From Alphaproteobacteria bacterium (GTDB lineage: Bacteria; Pseudomonadota; Alphaproteobacteria; G963923945): DNA of 64,000 bases. The notes beneath the pieces are model-generated. The model was not told the DNA's origin and searched no databases. It saw nothing but the letters and a program-made list of their open reading frames with translations. This document shows positions 1-9,730 of the stretch, in pieces. Where the stretch lies: positions 1,643,288 to 1,707,287 of the forward strand of contig OZ240684.1 in the NCBI GenBank assembly GCA_965199175.1. Reading direction: 5' to 3'. Position 1 is the first letter of the stretch, and each line of letters opens with the position of its first letter. The translations under genes were made by a program, and so were the position numbers.

Positions 1-584
1 CTGATGCGAATGCGAATATTGCCAAGATATCCCGTCTTCTCGCCGAAGGTCTCGGCTATGGATGGAATGAAACCTGTTTTAGCGGCACTGCTTATCCCCG
101 GGTGGATGAAGGGTTAGAAATCGCTCATCGTCTGGGTTTTGGCCGCATTGTTGTCTTCCCTTATTTCCTGTTCACCGGTGTCCTGGTCAAACGTATTTAC
201 CAACAAACTGATTTGGTCGCGGCCCGCCATCCCGAAACCCAATTCCTCAAAGCCAGCTACTTTAATGACCATCCTCTGGTTATAGAGACGCTGGCTGACC
301 GGGCCCGGGATATTCTTTCCGGCGACAACGCCATGAATTGTATGCTCTGTAAATACCGGTCTCAGATCATTGGCTATGCCGGTGACCAGGGGCAACCGCA
401 AGTCGGCCATCACCATCATGTCCGGGGTATCGGTACTCAGTCCGATAGCACAGATGATAGCACAGATCCTCAGGCGGTCGCCCATCATCACACTGATTCG
501 CCAACCAGCGATCATCACCACGGCCATCATTCAACCCATCATCATGCCCGGCCCACTCCAGGCGGCAAAACCGCCCTGCCATGA
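1..584 (+). CDS. cbiX: CbiX-like sirohydrochlorin cobaltochelatase, 5'-partial (the frame is open from base 3). It has a CxxC motif (NCMLCKY) and a His-rich C-terminal tail
   Basis: Frame open from the window start; a His-rich tail plus an MxCxxC-like motif is typical of long-form CbiX; it sits at the head of the cbi cluster. Confidence 0.55.
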   Translation, partial: DANANIAKISRLLAEGLGYGWNETCFSGTAYPRVDEGLEIAHRLGFGRIVVFPYFLFTGVLVKRIYQQTDLVAARHPETQFLKASYFNDHPLVIETLADRARDILSGDNAMNCMLCKYRSQIIGYAGDQGQPQVGHHHHVRGIGTQSDSTDDSTDPQAVAHHHTDSPTSDHHHGHHSTHHHARPTPGGKTALP

Positions 585-1294
585 CATGTTCTCAAACCCA
601 TCCGGATACGCCTGAGGGAGCTTCTCCGGTCAGAGAAAACATCCCCCAATCGGGGACAGTATTCGATTATATCCGGGACCCGGACGAAATTTCCCGGCGC
701 TCTTTTGCCGTGATTGATGATCTGTATGATTTTTCCGGTTTCCCTGATGATATTGCTGTTGTGGCCAGGCGGCTCATCCATGCCCGTGGCGATGGTCTGT
801 TCCTTGATCAGCTTTCCTGGTCGGCTGGTGCAGCATATACCGGAGCCAAAGCCTTAGCAGCAGGGGCACCGATTTTCTGTGATTCCCATATGACGGTTGC
901 CGGTATTATGCGGAATCTCTTGCCTGCCGATACCCCCATCCTTTGCACGCTCAATGACCCGCACACCACCATCCGGGCTCAGGAAACCGGGATGACCCGT
1001 AGTGCGGCGGCTGTCGAGTTATGGCAACCCCGGCTGGCTGGTGCGGTTGCGGTTATTGGCAACGCCCCCACAGCATTGTTTCATTTGCTTGAATTGCTGT
1101 CGGCAGGCGGTCCTCAGCCATCCCTGATCATCGGTTTTCCGGTAGGATTTATCGGTGCTGCTGAATCAAAAAAGGCGTTGATTGATCATGCCTCATCATT
1201 GGGAATCGCCTATCTGAGCGTGACTGGTCATGTCGGTGGCAGTGCCCTGGCAGCAGCCGCTATCAATGCTCTGGCTACAGCAGCCTCCTCTTGA
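581..1294 (+). CDS. cbiC: precorrin-8X methylmutase (CbiC/CobH)
   Basis: 237 aa with the N-terminal YIRDP motif region (VFDYIRDPDEISRRSF); it overlaps the preceding and following cbi genes, consistent with an operon. Confidence 0.85.
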   Translation: MTCSQTHPDTPEGASPVRENIPQSGTVFDYIRDPDEISRRSFAVIDDLYDFSGFPDDIAVVARRLIHARGDGLFLDQLSWSAGAAYTGAKALAAGAPIFCDSHMTVAGIMRNLLPADTPILCTLNDPHTTIRAQETGMTRSAAAVELWQPRLAGAVAVIGNAPTALFHLLELLSAGGPQPSLIIGFPVGFIGAAESKKALIDHASSLGIAYLSVTGHVGGSALAAAAINALATAASS

Positions 1295-2535
1295 CCTTAC
1301 CATGGCTCAGTATTGTCGGCCTGGGTGAAGACGGCATAGACGGCCTGTCGCCACCGGCCCGCCAGGCTATTAAAACCGCAACCATCCTGGTGGGTGGGAA
1401 ACGGCATCTGGCGTTCATTCCTGAAAGTGAAAACGCCGGTGAACGCTGGGTATGGCCCAACCCGATTGAGCAGATATTCGAAGCCTTAATCCCTAAGCGG
1501 GGACAAGCCGTCTGTATTCTGGCCAGTGGCGACCCGATGGATTACGGCGTTGGTGTCCTCATGTCCGCGCATTTTAATAGTGATGAAATGGTGGTCTATC
1601 CGGCCCCTGGCGCATTTTCTCTTGCCTGCGCCCGCCTGGGTTGGGCACGTTGCCAGACTGAAACCCTCAGCCTCCATGGGCGCCCGTTCTCCCTGCTCAA
1701 CGCCCATCTGCGACCAGGTGTCAGGCTGTTGATCTTATGCAATGACGGAACCACACCGGCCCGGATTGCGGCCCGGCTCACTGCGCACGGCCTGGGAGCC
1801 AGCCCGATGACCGCTTTTTCCCATCTTGGCGGCCCAAAAGAACAACGAAAAGATGCACTGGCCACCGACTGGCCAAGCCAGCCCTGCCCTGATTTAGTCA
1901 CGGTGGCAATCACATGTCGGGCTGAACCGGGTGGCCAGGCTTTGATCCGGTCTGGTGGATTGCCTGATGATGCATTTCATCATGATGGCCAACTCACCAA
2001 ACGGGCAGCCCGTGCGGTCACTGTATCGGCTCTCTCCCCCTTGCCGGGACGCTTGCTCTGGGATGTTGGGGCAGGATGCGGCTCTATCGCCATTGAATGG
2101 TTGCGCGCTGAATCCAGCTGTCAGGCCATTGCCATTGAACGCAACCCCCGGCGATGCGATCTGATCATGGCCAACGCTCAGGATCTTGGTGTGCCAGGTT
2201 TGCGGCTGGAAAATGCGGTGGCTCCTGATATTCTCAGCCATCTGCCCCAACCTGATGTCATCTTCATCGGGGGCGGTCTGAGCGGTGAAAAAGGACCTGA
2301 GATCATCAAAACATGTTGGCATGCCTTACCCTTAGGAGGGCGGCTGGTCGCCAACGCCATCACTGCGATGAGTGTCTCTCGTCTCAGCCTGTTTGCCACA
2401 ACCACAAAAAACGCTCAATGTCGATTTGTGAAACTGGCATGGAGCAATGGTCATCCGGCCAGGGGAACCATCATATGGGATGATCAATACCCCATCACTC
2501 AGATGATCGCCGACAAAGTCACCCTCAAGACCTGA
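1291..2535 (+). CDS. cobL: precorrin-6Y C5,15-methyltransferase (decarboxylating), a fused CbiE/CbiT (CobL)
   Basis: 414 aa with a tetrapyrrole methylase N-domain followed by a SAM-MTase domain (VGAGCGSIAIE). Confidence 0.85.
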   Translation: MTLPWLSIVGLGEDGIDGLSPPARQAIKTATILVGGKRHLAFIPESENAGERWVWPNPIEQIFEALIPKRGQAVCILASGDPMDYGVGVLMSAHFNSDEMVVYPAPGAFSLACARLGWARCQTETLSLHGRPFSLLNAHLRPGVRLLILCNDGTTPARIAARLTAHGLGASPMTAFSHLGGPKEQRKDALATDWPSQPCPDLVTVAITCRAEPGGQALIRSGGLPDDAFHHDGQLTKRAARAVTVSALSPLPGRLLWDVGAGCGSIAIEWLRAESSCQAIAIERNPRRCDLIMANAQDLGVPGLRLENAVAPDILSHLPQPDVIFIGGGLSGEKGPEIIKTCWHALPLGGRLVANAITAMSVSRLSLFATTTKNAQCRFVKLAWSNGHPARGTIIWDDQYPITQMIADKVTLKT

Positions 2536-2693
2536 TCTGTGAAAACCAGATCACCCACATCGCACAGGATAGAAAATATCACAAGATATAGCATGCCACA
2601 GGATATCAATGTTCTGCCGATGTTTTCTTTATATATCCTTTTTTTATATGCCGTTTTTTCCAATCTTATCTCCCCGGTCAACAGGCACATAGC

Positions 2694-3401
2694 ATGGTGA
2701 ACAGATATAATCTATACGGTATCGGGGTGGGGCCGGGGGATCCGGAATTGCTCACCGTCAAAGCGGTTCGCTGTCTGGAATCATGCCCGGTCGTCGCCTA
2801 TCCGGCCCCGATGGAAGGACCGAGTCTGGCACGGCGTATTGCCGCTCCCTATCTGGATGGCCGGGGCAAAACCGAAATTGCCATCCGTATCCCTTTGGTA
2901 GCCGGACAATTTGCTGACCCGGAAATTTACCATGCAGCCGGGCGCGATTTGACCGCTCACCTGGATAGCGGACGTGATGTCGCCGTCCTCTGCCTTGGGG
3001 ACCCTCTGCTTTATGGTTCCTTTTCCTATCTGCTGCATGCTATGCCGGAACATCATCATATCCGGATTATCCCCGGTGTCTCAGCAGTCACAGCCGCTGC
3101 CTCAGTCGCACAAAGGGCATTAGCCATCCGGGAGCAATCCTTTTCCATCATTCCCGCCACCTTGAATGAGCAAGAGCTCACTACCCGAATCGCGGCTGCC
3201 GACGCCATGGCCTTCATCAAGGTCGGGCATCATCTGGCTAAACTTCAACGGCTTTTGACATCTCTGGGTCTGGACCAATATGCCGTTTATATTGAACGCG
3301 CCACTTTTGAGGATCAAAAATATATCCCTCTTTCCCAAGCCGATCCCCGTCATAGTTCCTATTTCTCTATTGTATTAACCCATCAGCATCCGGTTCCATG
3401 A
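2694..3401 (+). CDS. cbiL: precorrin-2 C20-methyltransferase (CbiL/CobI)
   Basis: 235 aa; the tetrapyrrole methylase N-terminus LYGIGVGPGDPELLTVKA. Confidence 0.85.
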   Translation: MVNRYNLYGIGVGPGDPELLTVKAVRCLESCPVVAYPAPMEGPSLARRIAAPYLDGRGKTEIAIRIPLVAGQFADPEIYHAAGRDLTAHLDSGRDVAVLCLGDPLLYGSFSYLLHAMPEHHHIRIIPGVSAVTAAASVAQRALAIREQSFSIIPATLNEQELTTRIAAADAMAFIKVGHHLAKLQRLLTSLGLDQYAVYIERATFEDQKYIPLSQADPRHSSYFSIVLTHQHPVP

Positions 3402-5407
3402 TTGATTCCATGACTCAGCCTGCCCTGATTGTCTTAACCCGTCAGGGGCTCATCCTTGCCAACCGCCTGCGTCCTCATCTTGGCTCCAGCCATATTCATA
3501 CCTATTCCCCAGGTCTTGGACACCCTCCTGAAGCAGATTACAGTTTTGATGATACCGGTGCGTATTTACGCGACCTCTTTGCCAGGAAAACACCCATCAT
3601 CGGACTCTGCTCGACCGGCATTATCATACGTTCCCTGGCCGGATGCCTCAGAGATAAATGGTGTGAACCGCCGGTCCTTGCCCTAGCCGAAGATGGTTCT
3701 GTGGTCATCCCTTTACTGGGAGCACATCATGGTGGTCTGACTCTGGCCCGCTGCATCGCCACAGCAACCAAAGGCATCCTGGCTGCAACCACCGCCAGCG
3801 ATATTCAGGGTCTTCCGGCGATTGATCAGCCCCCTGCAGGCTGGCATATCGGCAACCGGGAAGCCGCCAAAGGAATCACTGCAGCTATCCTCAATCACCA
3901 GCCGGTCGCCCTAACCCAGGACGTCAGCGATGGCGGCTGGCTCAGTCAATCAGATCTCAGGTTTGATCCGCAAAGCACTCACCGTATCATCATCACCCCT
4001 TACCAGCATTTCAGCGACCACAGCCGCCGCGAAGATCCTCTCTTACATGATGATTCTCTCAATGAGACTCCTCAGTCAAATCATGATGCCAATACCGCTT
4101 TTTTTCACCCTCCGGTCCTCACCATCGGGGTTGGCTGCGAACGCGGAACCGATGGCCATGAACTGATCACCCTGATTGAGGAATGTCTGCATGGCCATCA
4201 TCTGGCCCCTGAAGCCATTGCCTGCTTATGTTCACTCGATATCAAAATGGATGAAGAGGCCGTGCATCATGCTGCGGCTCATTTTGGTCGCCCGGTTCGT
4301 TTTTTTGATGCCGGACGGCTGGAAAAAGAACGGCCGCGTCTGGTCAACCCATCCGAAGACGTCTATCGCACCACCGGGTGTCACGGGGTTTGCGAAGGAG
4401 CCGCCCTGGCAGCAGCCGGAACAAAAGGCCAGTTGTTATGCCCCAAAACCAAATCCCATCGAAGCACCTGTGCCATTGCCCTGGCCGGGGAGCCGCTTGA
4501 TGTTGAGTCCATCGGCTCCCAACGTGGCCGGCTCACGGTCATTGGCCTGGGACCTGGCTCCCCGGATTGGATGCCTCCTGAAACCCGGCGCGCTCTTGCA
4601 GATGCCCAAGATCTAATCGGGTATCACCTGTATCTTGATCAGGCCGCATCCCTGGCTCCCCAAGCACAACGTCATGATTTTGAACTGGGTGAAGAAACAC
4701 AGCGCGCCAAAGTCGCCTTAGATCAAGCCGCCAGTGGGCGGCGGGTTGCCCTGGTATCTTCCGGTGATGCCGGTATTTACGCGATGGCCTCTCTGGTTTT
4801 TGAAATGCGGCATCAGGGACCACCGCGCTGGTGGTGGCCAGAGCTTGAGGTATTGCCGGGGATCACAGCCATGCAAGCAGCCGCAGCCCGGGCCGGAGCA
4901 CCTTTGGGACATGATTTTTGTGCTCTTTCTCTCTCCGATCTTCTGACCCCGTGGTCAATCATCCGCCGCCGTCTGGAAGCCGCCGCCAGCAGCGATTTTG
5001 TGGTTGCGCTGTATAATCCGGTTTCTAAAAAAAGAAATCATCAACTCGCCCAGGCCCGTGATATTTTCCTGGCCCATCGTCCGGCCACAACCCCGGTTAT
5101 TCTTGCCCGTAATCTCGGACGCAGCGGCGACCATTCAGACGTCATCCCGCTTGATCAACTCAGCCCGGAAAAAGCCGATATGCAAACCCTGGTGATCATC
5201 GGCAACAGCCAGACACGCCAGGACAAAACCGGCGCAATCTATACACCGCGCGGCTATCCGGTCCCCTCAGAGGATACCCGTGATACCAGGTCCGGTGATA
5301 CCAGGAGCACCCCCCCGTCATCTGGTGTCGTATCACCGGGCATTTCGTCACCGAAAAAGCATCATGGTCAACCCCGAAAGTCAGGGTCCGGATATAATAT
5401 CACCTAA
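3398..5407 (+). CDS. cbiGH: a CbiG-CbiH fusion: cobalt-precorrin-5A hydrolase domain plus precorrin-3B C17-methyltransferase domain
   Basis: The N-terminal half is CbiG-like; the C-terminal half begins RLTVIGLGPGSPDWMPPETRRAL (a CbiH/CobJ methylase). The C-terminal tail contains DTR repeats. Confidence 0.8.
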   Translation: MIDSMTQPALIVLTRQGLILANRLRPHLGSSHIHTYSPGLGHPPEADYSFDDTGAYLRDLFARKTPIIGLCSTGIIIRSLAGCLRDKWCEPPVLALAEDGSVVIPLLGAHHGGLTLARCIATATKGILAATTASDIQGLPAIDQPPAGWHIGNREAAKGITAAILNHQPVALTQDVSDGGWLSQSDLRFDPQSTHRIIITPYQHFSDHSRREDPLLHDDSLNETPQSNHDANTAFFHPPVLTIGVGCERGTDGHELITLIEECLHGHHLAPEAIACLCSLDIKMDEEAVHHAAAHFGRPVRFFDAGRLEKERPRLVNPSEDVYRTTGCHGVCEGAALAAAGTKGQLLCPKTKSHRSTCAIALAGEPLDVESIGSQRGRLTVIGLGPGSPDWMPPETRRALADAQDLIGYHLYLDQAASLAPQAQRHDFELGEETQRAKVALDQAASGRRVALVSSGDAGIYAMASLVFEMRHQGPPRWWWPELEVLPGITAMQAAAARAGAPLGHDFCALSLSDLLTPWSIIRRRLEAAASSDFVVALYNPVSKKRNHQLAQARDIFLAHRPATTPVILARNLGRSGDHSDVIPLDQLSPEKADMQTLVIIGNSQTRQDKTGAIYTPRGYPVPSEDTRDTRSGDTRSTPPSSGVVSPGISSPKKHHGQPRKSGSGYNIT

Positions 5408-5426
5408 AGCAACAATAATGATTTAA

Positions 5427-6224
5427 TTGTTACTGTCTCGAAGGAACATCTTGATGCCTGTCCATTTTGTCGGGGCCGGACCCGGAGACCCAGATCTTCT
5501 CACCTTACGCGGTCGTGATCTGCTGCGGGCTGCTGATGCTGTTCTGTATGCCGGATCCCTGGTCCCGAAAGCCCTGTTGGCAGAAGCCAAAAAAGCCCGG
5601 GAAATCATCGATACCGCCCCGCTGACCCTCAAAGTCATCATCGACCATATAGACCGTCTGCATCACACAGGATGCCAAATTGTCCGTCTGCATTCCGGCG
5701 ATTTATCTCTTTATAGTGCAGTTGCAGAGCAAATCCGGCATCTCAATCGATTGCAGATTCCCTATGATATGACGCCGGGTGTTCCGGCTTATGCTGCCGC
5801 AGCCTCAGCCCTTGGGCAGGAACTCACCCTGCCGGGGATTACCCAAAGCGTCATCCTGACCCGTACCGCTACCCGTTCCTCAGCCATGCCTCCGGGAGAA
5901 ACCCTGAACGAACTGGCCTCTGGCGGAGCAACCATGGCCATCCATCTCTCAGCAACCAATCTCGCCAGGCTGGTCACCGCATTGATTCCTCATTACGGGG
6001 CTGATTGTCCCGCCGCCGCCTTGTATCGGCTAGGCTGGCCGGATGCCCGGATCATCCGGGCACCACTTGATCAGATACGTGCCAAAGTCAAAGCCGCCAA
6101 AATCACCCGCACTGCTCTCATTCTGGTTGGCCCGGCATTAGCAGCAGATCATTTCAGCGACAGCCGTCTGTATGATGCCGACCATCATCATCTGTTTCGG
6201 GATGCAACAACCAAAGCAGATTAA
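5427..6224 (+). CDS. cbiF: precorrin-4 C11-methyltransferase (CbiF/CobM)
   Basis: 265 aa; VHFVGAGPGDPDLLTLRG tetrapyrrole methylase signature. Confidence 0.85.
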   Translation: MLLSRRNILMPVHFVGAGPGDPDLLTLRGRDLLRAADAVLYAGSLVPKALLAEAKKAREIIDTAPLTLKVIIDHIDRLHHTGCQIVRLHSGDLSLYSAVAEQIRHLNRLQIPYDMTPGVPAYAAAASALGQELTLPGITQSVILTRTATRSSAMPPGETLNELASGGATMAIHLSATNLARLVTALIPHYGADCPAAALYRLGWPDARIIRAPLDQIRAKVKAAKITRTALILVGPALAADHFSDSRLYDADHHHLFRDATTKAD

Positions 6225-6378
6225 CCGGGTCCTGAGAGTGTGACCCCGTTGGTTGGTTGAATCCCAAACCATATCCTCCGCCCCGGCCAGTCTCCAAAAG
6301 CTAATCATATCGTCACTCATCGTCATCATCACGTACAGTCACGTTACAGTCGCGTTACGGCCACTTTAATCACCTCAA

Positions 6379-6984
6379 TCACCGGCTTTTTTGTTCAAAA
6401 ATGCGCCGGATCAAACGGCTGCGGGAATGGCTTGCATAATACTCTGCATCGCGCCCGGTATAATCAGCCAGCCGGGGATCCGCTCCGGCCGCCAGCAAAA
6501 TCCGCACTGATTCGGTCTGATCGCCCTTAACCGCCTGGATCAATGGGGTTGCACCATCCTTGTTCTGGTGGTCAATATCCGCTCCCGCATCAATCAGGCG
6601 TCTGAGAATAGCTCCCTTCCCCAAAGAGGCCGCCCACATCACCACTGTATTCCCGTAAGGATCTTTCTGGCTGATTTTGGCCCCATAATCGAGCAACATA
6701 TCAATCATCTCCATATTGCCCAGCTTCACCCCATACATGAGCGGCGTGTTGCCTTTTGAATCTGGGGTATTGGGAGAAAAATCGGTCTCCAGATGGCGTC
6801 TGATTTTATCAATATCACCACTGCGAACAGCCGTCCAATAAACCAGCTCAGGGAATACATCGCTTTCCACAGCCCGCGCCGGACCAGCCCCCATGACTGA
6901 GACCATCACCACAACCAGAGCCATCCAAAACAACCCGGAGAAGGGATACATTCCGGAAAACCCCAAAAAATCCTTAAAAACCAC
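6379..6984 (-). CDS. ankyrin-repeat protein with an N-terminal hydrophobic segment (signal peptide or membrane anchor)
   Basis: At least 4 ANK-like repeats (GNTPLMYGV..., GNTVVMWAA..., DGATPLIQAV...); the N-terminus has the hydrophobic stretch LFWMALVVVMVSVMGAG. Confidence 0.7.
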   Translation of the reverse strand: MVFKDFLGFSGMYPFSGLFWMALVVVMVSVMGAGPARAVESDVFPELVYWTAVRSGDIDKIRRHLETDFSPNTPDSKGNTPLMYGVKLGNMEMIDMLLDYGAKISQKDPYGNTVVMWAASLGKGAILRRLIDAGADIDHQNKDGATPLIQAVKGDQTESVRILLAAGADPRLADYTGRDAEYYASHSRSRLIRRIFEQKSR

Positions 6985-7117
6985 TTTCTTTTCCTTATTT
7001 TGATTTCTGTTTTGGCACTCTGTTGTCCCGGATCCTGGTCTTCAAAAACCGCTCGTCACCGACTGCCCCTCACCGCACGCCGTACTCTTTGTACCATAGA
7101 TTGATGATGAAAACAGA

Positions 7118-8023
7118 TCACCAGACGGCTTTACACCTGGTCGGGGCGCATCGCTGTGCCAACCAGTCAAGGGCTGTCGAAACACCTGATGCGTGATCGC
7201 CAACCTCAAAGGGTGATGCTTTCACGCCAACCGGACGCTCCAGCAAAAGACACGGTATACCTAAATGATCAGCAGCCGCCAATTTAGCCCGGGTTGCTGC
7301 GCCACCACTCATCTTAGCAATCAGACAATCAATCCCGAATTGACGCAATAATGCGGTTTCCCGGCTGAATGTAAAAGGACCACGCTGCACCCATAAGGCA
7401 AAGCCACCGCGCCGATGGATCAAACGGCCCGATAAACGTAGGGTTACAGAAGAAAGAAGCGGACCAAACGCCGCTTGCCAGTCGGTATAGTCATCCGGCA
7501 AGGCTGCGACCCGGATCAACCAATATCGGCGTGGCAGAAATTTTTGCTCTCGCTGACAGACCGCAGCAAAAGCCGCCGCACCGCCCGCTCCTACTGTCAG
7601 AAAACAACGTTGGGCACCATCAGGCACCGCCGCACAAATTTGCTCAAATCCGGGGAAACTGAGCCATTTCCTCCCGGCCTGCTGCCAGGAGGAACGCTCA
7701 AGGCGCAAATAATCCCGCCCGGTCTGTAAACAAGCCGCACGGGTATTGCCGGAAATGGTGGCCGCAAAAGGATGGCTGGCATCAATCACCCAGTCAATTT
7801 TTTCCTTTTTGAAATACTCCACCAGGCCCGGCACCCCGCCAAAACCGCCCTGGCGCATATCCCCGGCCAGTGGGCCAGCCGGCGGCACCAAACCAAGCCG
7901 GGATGTTACCAATCCTAAGCTTTGGCCATAAATCACCGATACCGCATTGGCCAGATGTCTGGCCTCCCCGGTTCCGCCAATAATCAGAAGCCTCGGTATT
8001 TTTCCCGGTATTTTCCCCGGCAT
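7118..8023 (-). CDS. cbiJ: precorrin-6A / cobalt-precorrin-6A reductase (CobK/CbiJ)
   Basis: 301 aa; N-terminus RLLIIGGTGEARHLA, typical of CobK. Confidence 0.75.
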   Translation of the reverse strand: MPGKIPGKIPRLLIIGGTGEARHLANAVSVIYGQSLGLVTSRLGLVPPAGPLAGDMRQGGFGGVPGLVEYFKKEKIDWVIDASHPFAATISGNTRAACLQTGRDYLRLERSSWQQAGRKWLSFPGFEQICAAVPDGAQRCFLTVGAGGAAAFAAVCQREQKFLPRRYWLIRVAALPDDYTDWQAAFGPLLSSVTLRLSGRLIHRRGGFALWVQRGPFTFSRETALLRQFGIDCLIAKMSGGAATRAKLAAADHLGIPCLLLERPVGVKASPFEVGDHASGVSTALDWLAQRCAPTRCKAVW

Positions 8024-8166
8024 TTTCTATGTTCCCATCCCAACACATAGCAATTCAGAACCCCGGAGATCATGCCCCCAATATTTCTAAATCCCCAACA
8101 CTGCATAAAGCAGAAACAACATAAAGCAGAAACAACCGCATAAAATCACGGGCTCAATCAGCCAGA

Positions 8167-9255
8167 TTACCCCGACTGGCCAATCAGAACCCCATGGCGA
8201 TCAATGACATATACATCAATGGCTGTCCGGCCCGGCAACACCGCCAACGCTGTTGACCGTGCACCGGCCGCGACCTGGTCTGGCAATCTGATTCCTGCAG
8301 CCTGGGCTTGAGTCAACAGCTCCCCGGCTGACTTTACCCCGGCCACAGCCGTAGCCTCGCCACCCAGGGCCGTGAATTGATCAACCAGTCCCCTAAGATC
8401 AACCTGGCTGCGTGATGAATGTAAATCCATTGCCCCGGCTGCTAATTTAGCCAATTTAGCAAATCCTCCGGCCACAGTGAGACGGCCCACCGGGGCCTTA
8501 CGCAAATATTTGAGAAGACCGCCCACAAAATCTCCCATATCAATCGAAGCTTCCTCAGGAAGACCGGTTAACCGGCGGGTAGCCTGTTCAGAAACCTTGC
8601 CGGTTGCAGCAATCAAATGGTCATGCCCTGCAGCCCGCGCCACATCGACTCCCCGATGAATGGCATGAATCCAGGCCGCACAGGAATACGGCACCACCCG
8701 CCCATTACTGCCCAGAACAGAGAGGCCACCGATGATCCCCAGGCGACGATTGAGGGTTTTTTCCGCCAGGTCCTCCCCGTCGGGAATGGAAATAGTGATC
8801 ACCAGGTCTGGCTCTGTGCTCTGTTTTGAACCCTCTTTCTCAGCCAGCACCGCCATCAGAGCTGCCCGAATCATGGCTCGTGGTCCGGCATTGATCGCCG
8901 GTTCACCAACCGCCAGCGGCAATCCGGGCCGGGTTACCCGCCCAACCCCAATGCCGCCGCAAAACTGGATTCCGCCACCCGCCGGGCCGGGCCGGACCGT
9001 GGTAATCACTTCAACCCCATGGGTCACATCCGGATCATCTCCTGCATCTTTGGTGATCCCGGCCAGGGCTTCCTGATCGCTGCACTGCCATCGGGTCAAA
9101 GGAAAGGCATGGGTCTTTCCGTCAGGAAAGCGCATCAGGACCGGATCAGGGATGGTTCCGCCAATCAACCCGGTATAGGCCGCCGCTGCTGCTGCTGCCG
9201 AGCAGGCACCGGTCGTGAAGCCGGACCTCAAATCTCCGCCATATTTCTGTTTCAC
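8167..9255 (-). CDS. cbiD: cobalt-precorrin-5B C1-methyltransferase (CbiD)
   Basis: 362 aa; N-terminus LRSGFTTGACSAAAAAAA, characteristic of CbiD. Confidence 0.85.
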   Translation of the reverse strand: MKQKYGGDLRSGFTTGACSAAAAAAAYTGLIGGTIPDPVLMRFPDGKTHAFPLTRWQCSDQEALAGITKDAGDDPDVTHGVEVITTVRPGPAGGGIQFCGGIGVGRVTRPGLPLAVGEPAINAGPRAMIRAALMAVLAEKEGSKQSTEPDLVITISIPDGEDLAEKTLNRRLGIIGGLSVLGSNGRVVPYSCAAWIHAIHRGVDVARAAGHDHLIAATGKVSEQATRRLTGLPEEASIDMGDFVGGLLKYLRKAPVGRLTVAGGFAKLAKLAAGAMDLHSSRSQVDLRGLVDQFTALGGEATAVAGVKSAGELLTQAQAAGIRLPDQVAAGARSTALAVLPGRTAIDVYVIDRHGVLIGQSG

Positions 9256-9260
9256 TCTGT

Positions 9261-9366
9261 ATGTTCCTGTCTGATACGATGTTCCTGTCTGATACGGACT
9301 GTCTGATACGGACTGTCTGATACGGACTGTCTGATATGGACTGTCTGATACGGACTGTCTTTACGG
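9261..9366. repeat. Tandem repeat array: 2 x 18 bp (atgttcctgtctgatacg) followed by about 5 x 14 bp (gactgtctgatacg), immediately upstream of the cbiD start
   Basis: Read directly from the sequence. Confidence 0.9.
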
Positions 9367-9422
9367 AGCAGTAAGCGGTTTTTGTCTCAAAAGACTCCTG
9401 TTTCAAGCTGTTTTACCGATGA

Positions 9423-9567
9423 TTTCCTGTGTTCTCCACATTTAGGATAATTTTCTGTGTTCTTCACATTTAGGATGATTTTCTGTGTTCTCCACATTTA
9501 GTTTCTATGCCTTTCACATTTAGTTTCTATGCCTTTCACATTTGGTTTCTATGCCTTTCACATTTGG
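9423..9567. repeat. Two adjacent tandem arrays: 3 x about 28 bp (ttttctgtgttctccacatttaggatga) then 3 x 22 bp (tttctatgcctttcacatttgg)
   Basis: Read directly; the units share a CACATTT(A/G)G core. Confidence 0.9.
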
Positions 9568-9599
9568 TCCGGGTGATCGACACATCAACAGGCAATTTT

Positions 9600-9730
9600 C
9601 TATATTCAAAAAAACCTTTTATACTTAAAAACATATGCTCAAAAACGATATATACTCAAAAACAATGTCTTTTTTGTAACAGCACTTTTTTGTAACAACG
9701 CTTTTTTTATAACAATGTCTTTTTTACCCA
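9600..9730. repeat. AT-rich leader of cobA with 4 x about 17 bp repeats (ctttttt(g/a)taacaa). These include a duplicated copy of the cobA start region (aatgtctttttt) that forms a decoy ATG-TCT-TTT-TTG-TAA mini-ORF
   Basis: Read directly from the sequence. Confidence 0.85.

Noticed and set aside
9146-9406. The ORFs 9146-9406 (-) and 9019-9306 (+) translating through the tandem repeats
   Set aside because: Their protein sequences are just iterated repeat translations (VSDRNI…), and they overlap the cbiD start and promoter. Spurious.
9560-9715. A cobalamin riboswitch upstream of the cobA or cbiD operons
   Set aside because: I could not find the conserved B12-box (…AGYCMGgAgaCCkGCC…) or a GC-rich structured leader. 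The leaders are AT-rich and repetitive. Absence should be confirmed by covariance-model search.
9240-9730. Could the dense repeat arrays be a CRISPR array?
   Set aside because: The units are directly abutting with no unique spacers between them, and unit lengths are 14-28 bp. There are no cas genes nearby.
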